Shown in pieces: positions 51,576 through 62,426 of a stretch of DNA of 64,000 nucleotides; within the stretch, counting starts at the first letter, position 1; each line of letters begins with the position of its first letter. The notes under the pieces are model-generated. The model had not been told where the DNA came from and made no database searches. It worked only from the letters and a program-made list of their open reading frames with translations. The stretch lies in assembly GCA_000091205.1 (NCBI GenBank), contig AP006498.2; one strand, 5' to 3'. This stretch comes from Cyanidioschyzon merolae (taxonomy: Eukaryota). Both the position numbers and the translations under genes were made by a program.

Positions 51576-53222
51576 TCAAAGCATTTCTCTGAGCCGCCGC
51601 ATACGACGCGCCAGCACCACGTGCGGTTCATCTGGTTCCACCGGAAGCACCGGAAATGGCTGGCCTCGAGCACGATCCACAATCAGTGCGTTTGCCGCCT
51701 CAAGACCCGTCACATAGGCCTTCTCCTGCGAAAATGAACCGTGCCTGGTATCGATCCAGTCGCCCGCAAAGTAGACATTATTTTGAAGGCCTGCATCCGT
51801 GGCGCGAACTTGTGGAAAGTGTCTGTAAGAGCCCGGCCGAAAGTGCGTCACAGCTCTGGGTGCACGAACCACAGTCGAGTCTATGACGCGAGCTTCGTTC
51901 ATGGCAGAAGCAATGCACTTGCGCAGAATCCGGTCACAGTGCTCCACAATCGAGTCATTATCCCAGACCAAGAGCGACGATGCGCCGTACAAATCCATTT
52001 CAATGACCTCACCAGGTGCATCACCAAATGACTCATCGTGAAGCGCATTCAGATCGAAAAAGGTGCCACCGATATCAGCATCAAAGCCGAAAAATGCATT
52101 ACTCGGACGGTGGAGACGCATTCGGCGATCATAGTACAAGCGTACTGCAAGAACATCTACACTTCCCAAATGCATGAAGCGGCGAAACTGACTCGAGTGT
52201 TTCGCGAGCGCTGCCGACTGCCGTACGAGCGCCTGGGCCCCGGAGATACCCACTGCGAAGATGACGGCATCAACGGGCAGGCGTTCTGGACTATTGCCCC
52301 CGTCCTGCAGCATGAGAGCGTCAACATGGCCTCTGGTTGGATGCAGATCAACGTCGACTACGCGGGTGCCTAGGCGCAGGTCGAGGCCGCGCTGTTGCGT
52401 CATGACTTGTAGCCAGGGTTCGAATACGCGCTCTGCTGTGGTGCCACGGACCCATTTCACGTCAAAGTCACTTTGGTGCGCGAGAATGAAATAATAGAGC
52501 ATACCCAGCGCACCGCTCGCAGAGCACAGCTCACTCGGCGCAAACAAGCCTACCAGTAGCATCGGTTCGAACGCGTTTGTGATGAGACGTTCACTACAGC
52601 CGTAGCGGGTGAAAAGCTCTCGTGCCGTCATCTGGTCATATTTTCTCCATGCTTCTGGCGAGTTGTCAAAGTCTGCCACGGCGTCGAAGAGCGCGAACGC
52701 TGAAAGTCGATCCATCCACGGCAAGCGATAGAAGCGCGGATATATCATGGTGCCGAGTGGGCTCGGTAGTCGTGGCAGCTCGCTAAAGAGCGGCGACTCT
52801 GCTTCCAAACCGGCTGGCGAGTACTGGGCGCTACGGGTGAATCGCGTGAAAGGGTCTGCGTCTCCTGCTAGCCTCAACTGACGATAGACCAGGTCGAAGA
52901 TATTTACATAAGGCTTCCAGAAACCGTGGACGCCAACCTCTACCGGCCTGTTTTCACGCTGAACCCAGCCAGCGGCAAGGCCCCCGATGGATTCACGGCT
53001 CTCGATGAGCGTCACGTGGAAAGCCTCGCGGTTCCGTGGAGAGCTCGTAAGCGCATGGGCAGCGCCGAGTCCAGCCCAGCCCCCGCCGACGATCGCGACC
53101 CGCAGCGGTCTTGTTCTCGATTCAGGGTCCGCGCTTGCAATGCAAGTTCGAAGGCAACGCTGGCGACTGAGGTTCTTGCAGTGACGCGACTGTCGCCTGG
53201 TTGGAAGCGCGCTCTGAAACAT
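51576..53222 (-). CDS. FAD-dependent oxidoreductase of the amine-oxidase / phytoene-desaturase family (carotenoid desaturase/isomerase-like), with N-terminal presequence
   Basis: VAIVGGGWAGLGAAHAL (Rossmann GxGxxG), GGLAAGWVQRENRPVEVGVHGFWKPYVNIFDLV (PDS-like GG..W....E.G.H.F...Y.N), C-terminal FAGDWIDTRHGSFSQEKAYVTGLEAANALI (PDS-family FAD tail); about 40-aa Arg/Ser-rich N-terminus. Confidence 0.6.
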   Translation of the reverse strand: MFQSALPTRRQSRHCKNLSRQRCLRTCIASADPESRTRPLRVAIVGGGWAGLGAAHALTSSPRNREAFHVTLIESRESIGGLAAGWVQRENRPVEVGVHGFWKPYVNIFDLVYRQLRLAGDADPFTRFTRSAQYSPAGLEAESPLFSELPRLPSPLGTMIYPRFYRLPWMDRLSAFALFDAVADFDNSPEAWRKYDQMTARELFTRYGCSERLITNAFEPMLLVGLFAPSELCSASGALGMLYYFILAHQSDFDVKWVRGTTAERVFEPWLQVMTQQRGLDLRLGTRVVDVDLHPTRGHVDALMLQDGGNSPERLPVDAVIFAVGISGAQALVRQSAALAKHSSQFRRFMHLGSVDVLAVRLYYDRRMRLHRPSNAFFGFDADIGGTFFDLNALHDESFGDAPGEVIEMDLYGASSLLVWDNDSIVEHCDRILRKCIASAMNEARVIDSTVVRAPRAVTHFRPGSYRHFPQVRATDAGLQNNVYFAGDWIDTRHGSFSQEKAYVTGLEAANALIVDRARGQPFPVLPVEPDEPHVVLARRMRRLREML

Positions 53223-53260
53223 GGTAAGCTGCGCGAGTGTCTTCGAACGAAAAAAGGAAA

Positions 53261-53371
53261 GCTCCGCGGCGGGGAGTCGAACCCCGGTCTCGACGGCGTT
53301 GTGAACTGCAACTGCGTCGACAACGTCGTATTCTGGCAGTTACACGAAAACCGTTCGTTAAACTACCGCGG
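53261..53371 (-). tRNA. tRNA-Asp(GTC)-like gene, 111 nt: perfect acceptor stem and T-arm (B box), predicted canonical 21-nt intron after position 37 and about 17 extra nt in the D-arm
   Basis: minus strand TCCGCGG-TA-...-CGACG-TTGTCG[ACGCAGTTGCAGTTCACAACG]C-CGTCG-AGAC-CGGGGTTCGACTCCCCG-CCGCGGA-G; 7/7 acceptor pairing, T-stem CGGGG/CCCCG with loop TTCGACT, anticodon stem CGACG/CGTCG, mature loop TTGTCGC (U33, anticodon GTC, purine 37), G73; D-arm not resolved. Confidence 0.5.
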
Positions 53372-55088
53372 ATGGAGGAATATGATGATGTGAATGACCG
53401 ATCACAATTGATATATAAATGCATTGGCGGGTGATGCGCGTTGGCGACATCGCGGCAGCCGAGGCAGCTGGCACCGACCGCGTTGTGACGCAGGCGTTCG
53501 TGATCGCGCTGCGCAGCGGTCTAGTGCGGGCGACTTCCTGAAGTCGTGCTTCCGGTCTCCCGGGTACGACACTGCACCCATCGGGCCGGTTTGCTGTGAG
53601 AGCGCAGCTCTGGACACGGTGGACCGTGGAAATCATCCGAGAAATGGGTACGTTTGAAACCTAAGTGACTGAGAGTGCTCGCAATCGCACGAAATCCCTG
53701 TTAGATCCATCGATCATGTGGGGAGGAATTCCCTCAGTCATTCGAGACTGGGCGGCATCCGCGGTGCGTTCCACCAGCGCAGCGCTATCGGGCTTTCGCA
53801 CGAGTCGACGCGCTCAGCTTCTGCATAACCGGTTTTTCTTGGAGTTGAATCACTTGAACGAACTGGGATTCCCCGGGTATGCCATTTGTGTTGGAAACCT
53901 GTGAAGAGACCGGGTTGCCTTTGAGGCATCTCAACGTTCCGCAGGTCGCATACCAGTGCATCCATCGGGATCTGCGCCTAGACTGATCTAGCGCTTTCCC
54001 TCGTATGCTGAGTCTGTATCCGAAACTGGCTGTGGCGCCAGCATTTTTCTTTTTTGTTTCACAGAAAGCTAACTTAGAGCAGATATGCCTGCGATGACGC
54101 TATCTCATACCCGCACCCAGAAAAGCGTCCGCCACGTATCCAAGCACCGCTTCCCATATTTGCCCGCGAAGATACACATCATTTCCTCCGTTCCACTCTG
54201 TGGCGAGTCTGTCGTGATCCCCATCAATGACACCTATCGCGCCGGTGTGCATGCAGCAAGGATACGAGACGCGTTTACCGTAACACTACGAGCGTCTGCT
54301 CGAGATCTCCGCTCCATAACGAATCATGATAATGATGATATATGTCAGTCAAACGAAAGCGTTTCACGACCGTTGCTAACGAATATATCCCCAAACGCGC
54401 AAACGGCTCCCAGCCTTTTTCGCCCGATCGACTGGTATCGTTTTCAGATTTTATCCCTGCAGAGTTCGAGCCTGAAAGACCGCCCTATAAAGTTCGCTCG
54501 CCTCAGCTCCCCAGGTCTGATCATTAGCACCACACATCGTCTGATGCTGTGTGAAGTCTTGGTTCGGGAACTCCATGCGTATATTCCCGCATGTTGAACT
54601 CATGTTTGCAAGAATTGCTCGAACACGTACCCTCTGTGTCACAAGAATCTTGTCATCGCCCCGTGGGGCAAATACCTTCTATCGTCTATCTCTCCATATT
54701 TTTTTATTCTGATTCTTCGTTCGAAAGTCGGCGAGATGAGGGTTTTTTTTCGTTTTTCCGGCAGCTGGTGATCACGTCCCCGCAGGATCCTCGCCTTTTC
54801 CGTCCATACATTTCCCTCGGATTTTTATTTCTTCGAATCAGCGCACGTCATACATACTTCCTATGAAAAGTAAAAAAGCATTTGATGACACTTACCTGGT
54901 TATGGAACACCCTTTAGTTGAGGCATTACCATCATGGTACACTTGTCAGGAAACAATGCCCCTGTCTCATGCAAATGCAGACGCCTATTGCGCGTCGAAT
55001 CTGCGTCTGCGACTGCTGCGTCGATTGCGCAGTTTTCGAACACGAGCGCTCGCCCCCAGTGCCTCTATTCGAGCGTTAAACTCGGGTT

Positions 55089-56864
55089 ATGACCGAAACA
55101 AACCATAATAGTTTAGGGACGGGAGGGAGACCAGACTCGCCTCCACCCTACGTACCACAGCACATATACTCGCGAGAAGACTTTTTGCTGGTGCGTACCG
55201 CGGCGGCTGACACGGCGGTGAGTCTGGCGCCGTCGTTGCCGGTGGCAAGTCCTCGGGCGAAGGAGCGCTGGACGCTGCGCCTCGTGCACAACGACTGGGG
55301 TGCTGCAGCTGCTTTGCCCTCCTCAGGGTCACACCTTGAACGTACAGGACGTGCAGCGCGCCCGGAGGCTAGTGGACGGCGCCAACGACGCAGTGCACCA
55401 GGTGCTCCTGGAGCAGCGACCTCCGAGCACGCTGTGGTACCGGTTCAGCTGCCTGAGCTTGTCCCTGTGAGTGAAGACTGGCTGAAGCCGCATCCTTTGT
55501 TAGACCTTACTCAAGACATTCCCTTAGAGGAGACCGGCAAGGAAACCAAAGATGGCGACGAGTTCGTGGACGGCTTCCTCGAGCACGCCCGCAAGGGGGA
55601 AGACCTCCTCGTGCTGGACTTTGAAGCACAAGATCAGTCGCAAGGGTCTAGTCTTTTGCCGAGTGTTCAACCGGGCAAGCCACGCAGCACCATCGGCGCT
55701 CGTTCGGCACCCGATGATGCCGAGCTGATCGCACCGCTTCATGATATGCGACTGAGCGGAACAGTGAGCGGATTCTCCGTGGATACAGCTGAGCCGCCCA
55801 AGCATCATGCCCAGTTTGCTGATTCGGAGACACCTGGTGGAAAGACAGGTCCGTGGGCGGGCTCACAGCGACCTGTTGCACAGAGCTGGCATGCCGCACC
55901 AAGCATCGGCACTGCGACCAATGTCTCGAACCAGCGGGAGACGTTCGCTGGAAAACCTCCAGCGGAGACGACTCCTGCCAACCCCCATCCGGCATCTTTT
56001 GGGGATATTGGTATGCTTGAGAGTCGACTTGGTCGGTGGACGCATCGACAGGCCGATGTTGCACCAACTGGTCCCGGCGACCGGAGCGCTCAGGAGTACA
56101 TCCCTGACCGGGGCGCACCAGTTGCAGGCGGCGCCACAAGACGGGAGCAAGACCCCCGTGCAGAGACGCTCTCGCCAAGTGTCCTGGCGTTCTTTAACCA
56201 GGTACGGGCACAGGCTGCAGTTTCGAATCCACCGTCTCGTGTGATGGAGACGACGTCTGATCAGCAGTACGCAGCAGTGACAACGCATCCGAGACCGGAG
56301 TCTGGAACGCGTTTCCCCGCAGATGCAGACCCCAGTCTCTACGCATTATTCGGTAGATATCCTGTGCCGCCACTGAGTCAGCTGGGTCCACCGCCGGGAT
56401 TCGGGTTTCCACCGCACCTGGAACAAAGCGGTGTTATGGACATGCAGTCAAATTTTGAACAGCAACGGCAACGACCGCAGCACGTTGCACGAGGACTGCA
56501 TATCCCGCAGCCGCAGCCGCAGCCGCAACAGCCGCCACAGTCGCAACTCCCCACGCTCAATGTTCCGTATCAAGAAGCGTTCCCAGTGCGAGGCGGGCCC
56601 CCGTCGGGATCCACGTTGGGTGCTTTAGTCCCAAACTCGGAACTAGATCCATCGCGAACAGGTCATATTCCGCAACCAGTCTTCATCCAAACGAGTTCGT
56701 GGATATCAGGGCCCGCTCAGAACGGTCCATTCGGTCCACTGGATACGTTCCCGAATGGTCCTGTTCCGTTTGACGCGCAAGCACCCTATGCACAAAGCAC
56801 CGACCCGGCCAATCGACATTTTCGTGATCAGAAATGGCCACCGAATCTGTCTTATCAGCCATAG
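55089..56864 (+). CDS. hypothetical Pro/Gln/Ala-rich low-complexity protein
   Basis: 591-aa ORF; PQPQPQQPPQSQLP, Pro-rich throughout, no recognisable domain; codon-level periodicity consistent with coding. Confidence 0.35.
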   Translation: MTETNHNSLGTGGRPDSPPPYVPQHIYSREDFLLVRTAAADTAVSLAPSLPVASPRAKERWTLRLVHNDWGAAAALPSSGSHLERTGRAARPEASGRRQRRSAPGAPGAATSEHAVVPVQLPELVPVSEDWLKPHPLLDLTQDIPLEETGKETKDGDEFVDGFLEHARKGEDLLVLDFEAQDQSQGSSLLPSVQPGKPRSTIGARSAPDDAELIAPLHDMRLSGTVSGFSVDTAEPPKHHAQFADSETPGGKTGPWAGSQRPVAQSWHAAPSIGTATNVSNQRETFAGKPPAETTPANPHPASFGDIGMLESRLGRWTHRQADVAPTGPGDRSAQEYIPDRGAPVAGGATRREQDPRAETLSPSVLAFFNQVRAQAAVSNPPSRVMETTSDQQYAAVTTHPRPESGTRFPADADPSLYALFGRYPVPPLSQLGPPPGFGFPPHLEQSGVMDMQSNFEQQRQRPQHVARGLHIPQPQPQPQQPPQSQLPTLNVPYQEAFPVRGGPPSGSTLGALVPNSELDPSRTGHIPQPVFIQTSSWISGPAQNGPFGPLDTFPNGPVPFDAQAPYAQSTDPANRHFRDQKWPPNLSYQP

Positions 56865-57644
56865 CGCGATGATTGATTTGGATTACGAAGGAACCTTGCT
56901 TCCAGCGAACTGCACCCGCGCTTTCTAGGTTCCTTGTAAAAAATCTCTGGGACTACTCCTCCGAGCGCTATCATGTTTGAATCATACGAGAAGCGGGCGC
57001 TAGCTGGTTGTTGCGCTCATTCCGGAGCGCGAGGCGCACCCGATCACTACGACCTGTTGATAGGGGGTACAATCCGCGAATACCCCAGCGGGTACCGTGT
57101 CATCTATCATGGTAGGATTCCAAGCGGGACGCTGAACGAATCGCTGTGTTCCTGCCTTTCGACTTTATTCCGAAAGCTTTTTAGGTGATACTTAGTTTCG
57201 ACATCCGAGGAGCAGCACAAAGGGCGTGCGCGTTCATACGGACTTTCAGGCATGTAGAATGCGTTTTCATTGAGAATCCTTCGACTCCTTACCGCTGGCA
57301 TTCGTTAGGATACAGGAACCGAGATGGTTCACGGCGCCAACGACCGTGGGTTTGTCAAATAATCGATATCGTTATCCTGCTCATGCGCAGGGGTCCCCAT
57401 GCGTCTCGATCCCGTTGGTCAGGCATACTGGAATCACGCATTCTTCAAATATTCGATCGTACTGGTTCAAAGCAACTCGTGGGCACAGCTATTCATGCCT
57501 CAGGACTGACGAAGAAAACGATTCGACGACGTTTCTCGACGACTTGTTCACACGCTCGTGCAGAAAGTTCACTGAGCCTGTCACGTCTATTTATAGATTC
57601 CTTTTGAAAGACAGATCCCCCGTGACCTAATGGCCATCTAAAAA

Positions 57645-57737
57645 ACGGGGTATGCTCTCTGAGGCTGCCGTCTCTTCTGTTTTCTTGGAAAGGGCTTGGA
57701 TGCGGGTCCAAGTCACCGCTGCGATCGCTTCCAGTGG
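57645..57737 (+). repeat. copy 2 of the short dispersed conserved element (see 38755-38843)
   Basis: about 80% identity to 38755-38843; hairpin CTTGGA-TGCGGG-TCCAAG (copy 1 has TTGGA-G-TCCAA, i.e. stem preserved with a different loop). Confidence 0.5.
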
Positions 57738-59571
57738 AGCGTGCTTCAGCGTTGTGTAGCTAGGGTATGTAAAAGGATCGACATTGTTCGAATGGGTACC
57801 AAGCTCAGATTTTCCTTCCGGTACCTGCCTCGTTATGGACAATATCGTGTTCCGCAAATCCGATTGTTTTAGGGAAAACGGCATAGAGTGGATTATGGGT
57901 TATCTTGGTGACTACGAGTTATTCTCAATGGCCCGACTCGAATCGGAACATGCTCAGGGCCGTCAGGAACGAACCTGGAGTCAACATATGCGTATCTCAG
58001 CAACTCTGGGCCTCCTCTTCGATCCGAGCTGGTGCCTCGTGCTCGTACCGCCACGGCTATGCGCACTGGGCTCATCGGAGTGTGCTTTCCGCCATTCGAT
58101 CGTATTTTCGGATCGAAGAGTTCCGTAGAAGCATGAAGATCAGTGTTGAACGGGGCACAAAAAGTATGTATTGCACGGTTGGCAGTGGCGGTGCAACACC
58201 CATGCGTACCAGGCACCTCAGTAGAACAATTCAGTGCGAGCAAGAAAGATTTCCGGGGGTGTTTCGGAAACAGCTGCATAGCATCTTCAAAGAACATCGC
58301 CACTCCCGGAGAAAACGCGTTTGCTGCGAAATGCTTATCGCCTGGTCGTCCGTATTTGAGTGTCAACATGAGCAATTGGGCAAAAACGCGTAAACGAAAC
58401 ATGTCGAGATTTTTCTCCTCGTCAATTCGGAGACGTGCGCTGCTCCGTCCACGAGTTGCCCATACAAAGAAAGGTCGAAATTTTTGTACAATGCGTGATT
58501 TTATCATGCTCCTCATCAGGCAATAAGAATAGTGGAGGTTAGTCCTTAAGGCTTGGATGATTACATAGGTTATGGTACGAGCTCGTGTTCGACGGCATCG
58601 CAAACCATCTTTACGTCGTTGAGGATATGAATTCCAGGGCCAAAAGCGCCGAGGAAGCCACTCGAAAAAATGAACCGAAAAGTCTACACCTATGGGTGAG
58701 TTTGTAAACCTTTATTGCTGCATTTCGAATTCCGAGCCTGCATATCTCAAAAAGTTTCGAAAATGTCGACATGCAGGAATAGCATGCATAGGACAGTGTC
58801 GCATTTTACTCTGCATTGATCCTAGTTCGCGGTCGATGCTTTCGTACTGCACTCTCCCAGTGTAGGATACCGGCAACGAGTGGCATTGCAGCAACATGCA
58901 AACTGTTCGACACCCGACCACGTTACAGTATGCACGAGCTTCGACAGTTCCGGGAATGTGGTGTACCTTCGATCACGAAATGCGCTCGCTCTAGCGATAC
59001 AAGGTCAAAGCGCCAGTTAATGATCGACTTGTTCTCGACTTGTCTTGCCCAGCGATGCATCTCGGTGCCAAAGCGGCCCGTAATGTACATGATACTGTAG
59101 ATCAACAACCGGAGCTCCCAATGCTGCGAATCCACGTGGTCGCTCTTTTCGGAATACGGCGGCAGTCGAGCTTCCTCTCATTGCGATTTCGATCACCTCG
59201 AAGGCGCTCGCTCACGAGACACGTCATACCGGTCGGTCCTCGCGGTGCCGAGACCACGCTTTCGACAGATCGTATAACATCCCGCAAGATGCTCCGTTCG
59301 TGCGACAGATGTTATCCCGTTCACCATCTTTGCGAGCAGACTGTGCGCTACCGCTCGATCTAACGCAGTCTCGCGAGACGCTGTGTTCGTGTGACGGACG
59401 CTGTCGTGTTCGCGATCACAGCGCCGGAGCACCGCGTTTCCAAAGGCCGCATTGCAGCGTCAATGCACCTTCGTAGGCAACGATCGGTGCCCCGTAGAAG
59501 CTGTCCAACGCGCTGATGTTCTCCAGGACACCGTCAAATGCACAGACGTCCGCCCAAGCATCGTCATTTGT

Positions 59572-60105
59572 TTAGGGCGCCGTTTTCGGGCCTGCTCCAG
59601 ACGGCAACTCCCAGCGAATGATTGTACGTAACGCCTGGTTCAGGTCTCCGTTTGCTTCGCGTAACAGCTGCTCAGCCTCAGCTTTGGATACGTATACGGC
59701 ATTGGCTAGCTCTGCAATATCCGCATCCGAGACGCGCACGGCAGCGAGTTGCTTGCGCCGAAGCGCTTGTGACTCCAGTTGTCTCAGTGTCTTGTCGCTC
59801 AGGCGGAGTTTTGGCAAGTCGTCGGAGGCCGCTCGAAGCAGGCGTGCTACTTGAGCCTCATCAGCGGACTCGTCTCCCTCAGGCCCAGTCTCCGTGAGTT
59901 GTGCGATGTCCCGCTCCGTTTGACTTCGTTCACTGCGTGCTGTCGACTTTTGCGTAGCTTCCCGAGCGGCAGCATCACGCTCTTCGCTGCTTACTGGTGG
60001 AAGCTTTGTTTCCGCACTCATGACGACGCGACGCTCCCGTGCTTGCGTTCGACGACGTGCAGCTCTTGAAACGCTGTAGCACCACGTCAATCCCAGGAGC
60101 GTCAA
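59572..60105 (-). CDS. HYPK-like / NAC-alpha-type UBA-domain protein (huntingtin-interacting protein K family)
   Basis: C-terminal VRVSDADIAELANAVYVSKAEAEQLLREANGDLNQALRTII matches the HYPK/NACA UBA-like helix bundle (ISQ.DI.LV..E..VS...A...L.E..G.V..AL..L); acidic, charged N-terminal region; likely start MSAETKLPP. Confidence 0.45.
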   Translation of the reverse strand: MTLLGLTWCYSVSRAARRRTQARERRVVMSAETKLPPVSSEERDAAAREATQKSTARSERSQTERDIAQLTETGPEGDESADEAQVARLLRAASDDLPKLRLSDKTLRQLESQALRRKQLAAVRVSDADIAELANAVYVSKAEAEQLLREANGDLNQALRTIIRWELPSGAGPKTAP

Positions 60106-60961
60106 CGAAACTTTGCACGATTCGTTATACCGCGTTCAATGAATCGTAAGTACACTGTGATACAAAGATTCGAGATATTGATCGACAAAAACTCACCAGG
60201 TTTACACCAAACACATAGCTATGTACGTCGCCGTACGCTGTGAAAGGTCGTTAGCAATCACTCATCAACATTGCTCGCTTTGCAGCGTCGCTTGCGGACG
60301 TGTTCTCGGACGTTGCTACGCACCGTAACGGAGGATCGTGTTGATACGCGTTCATCCTGCCGATTTCGGCAGGACGAGACGCTTGAAGGCAATAGAGCGA
60401 GTGGACACGAGTTGCTGACGCGAAACTGGCGCACGAAAAGGTTCTAAGCGGTGCGTTGTTTGGTAAAAGACGCCAAGCGGGTGCCATAGATTTTGCATCC
60501 GCTTTGCAGAGACGAAACTGGCAAACAAAACGATTTAGAGGTTTACTTTCCGCAAAGAAGAACGCCTGGTACCGGTGGTAGTAGTTCATAAACTGTATCC
60601 AGCGGAGAGGCAGGATTTCTAGGAAAACAGAGTAACGATACGGCTGGAAAAGGTGGCGCTCTTTGCACGAGTTCCACCGGCCTTGGAAGCGTTGCAAGAG
60701 TGCGCATCCATCAGCACAACGCGCGGTGTGTGTAAGGTGTTCATGGATGGCCATGAGTACTCGCAGCTCGCTTCCAAAATCCCTTGCTTTCTCACGAACA
60801 TGCATGGCTTTCTGTCGATCCATGACCTTCCTCAACAACAGCTCCGGTTCACAAGACAACGTGAAAGACAATGGCGACTCGCTGCCGCAGCTTGCCGCAC
60901 GTGCACCCGTCTGACCTGGCCACCACGGTACGCTACGCAACGAACGCGCACTGCAACACTC

Positions 60962-61783
60962 ATGGCAACGTTCGATGTTCCGACGAGAAGCTTTCCTGTA
61001 CCTGAGAAGACGCGTACGTACCTCCGGAGGCAGCCGCTCATTGTCTGCATTCGGCTCAAGAGCTTCATCCTGGACCAGTATGCAGGCGCTCGAGATGCAC
61101 TTGAGGCGCAACGCAAGAGGTTGCTGACGCTTGCCGCGGGCCATGGTGTTGAACTAACCGACCAGGAGAGCCAAACTGCCGCAATGATCATTCAGATCGT
61201 TGAAACTCTTCAGAATGCGGGTCTACACAACTTCGAAATCACCATGGACATGCCAGGAGTGGAATGGGCACTCCGCTACCTTCACGAAACGAGAGGCACA
61301 AGCATCCTCCTGGGTGCAGGCACTGTGCTCCACGCGAGTCAGCTGGAAAGGGCGATCGCCTGCGGCTGCCGCTTTACCATGTCGCCTGTGTTCCTACCCG
61401 GACGATCTGAGCAACTCATTGCTTATGCTCGCGAGCACAATGTCCTGTTCATACCGGGTGCTGCAACTCCTTCGGAGTGCGTTCAGGCCTCGCTAGCTCT
61501 TGGGGAATATCAGCCTGTGAAGGTGTTCCCCGCTGATGTCGTCGGTGGCCTGCGATTTATTCGGGCACTGGCAGGCCCCTTGAGTCATATTCCCCTGATC
61601 CCAACCTCGGGCGTAACCTTTGACGTCGTTGAAGACTACCTATCTGCAGACAATGTGTACGCAGTTGGTGTGTCACAGCAGATCCTTCCGACCTCACGTC
61701 TACTGGCTGGCGACTGGCCTCAGATTCACCGTCTGGCCTGCGTTTGGCGGAAAGCCGTGGAGTCTGCCGCCCCGAGTCCATGA
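60962..61783 (+). CDS. eda: 2-keto-3-deoxy-6-phosphogluconate / 4-hydroxy-2-oxoglutarate aldolase (Eda family); track ORF starts at 60653 but homology begins near Met 60962
   Basis: LIVCIRLKS, FEITMDMPGVEWALRYL, ILLGAGTVLHASQLERAIACGCRFTMSPVFLP, NVLFIPGAATPSECVQASLALGEYQPVKVFPADVVGGLRFIRALAGP, IPLIPTSGVTFD follow the Eda pattern (GAGTV, F.VSP, .PG..TP.E...A...GA...K.FPA...GG..Y.+AL.GP, PTGGV). Confidence 0.75.
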   Translation: MATFDVPTRSFPVPEKTRTYLRRQPLIVCIRLKSFILDQYAGARDALEAQRKRLLTLAAGHGVELTDQESQTAAMIIQIVETLQNAGLHNFEITMDMPGVEWALRYLHETRGTSILLGAGTVLHASQLERAIACGCRFTMSPVFLPGRSEQLIAYAREHNVLFIPGAATPSECVQASLALGEYQPVKVFPADVVGGLRFIRALAGPLSHIPLIPTSGVTFDVVEDYLSADNVYAVGVSQQILPTSRLLAGDWPQIHRLACVWRKAVESAAPSP

Positions 61784-62426
61784 TTACGGAACACTGCCGC
61801 ACCGGCGACTGCAGGCAGAAGCGACGACACGTTCTCCTGGTGACTGACCAGGTGCAAAGGTAAAGCGGACACTGCTGCTCCATATCCATTTCCCTAAATG
61901 GCGAAAGAGCGCCCGTCGTCCGCAGAAAAATGCCCCGTATTCCGCAAAGAGGTCGATGCAGATTTTGAGAGGGATTTCCATTGCGGCCACTGGCAGTGCG
62001 AGTTGCATGCACCACAGAACCCAGTGACGCTCGCACCAGCGAGCTCGATTACGGTGAACAAGCAGTCCCGCAGCAGCACCCAGCTTAGATGAACACAACA
62101 CGAGCCTGTCTCAAATCGAAACGATCTGGTCGCAAGACAACCATCTGAGAGGCGTTCGTTGGCCTCCGCCTAACCTCAAGCCAATGCTCAGCGGCAACCG
62201 TTCCGGTCGTATCCCGAGTGCACCCAGACGTATCAATGGGCGCTTGCTAGCGCACGATGTTCGAGATGTCTTCGACCAAGCGGATAAGTGCCTTTTCGCC
62301 GCTGAAACACCTAGTGCAGTCTATGCACTTCCGGGCTCTGCAAGTGTTGTTGTTGGCACACACACACATCCCCGGAAACTAGCACGCAATCCAATGCTGC
62401 GGCTCTATCGCCATTGCCCACAGGAC

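Noticed and set aside
57893-58603. 236-aa minus-strand ORF and overlapping plus ORF 57905..58393 in the lower-GC interval 56900-59500
   Set aside because: No domain signal, inconsistent composition; interval may hold a degraded repeat but no homology to other parts of the window was found apart from the 90-nt element at 57645-57737.
60251-61144. 297-aa minus-strand ORF overlapping the 5' part of the Eda aldolase ORF
   Set aside because: No recognisable motifs, Cys/Arg-rich composition; the plus strand carries a clearly homologous aldolase, and the part of that ORF upstream of Met 60962 is itself probably non-coding.
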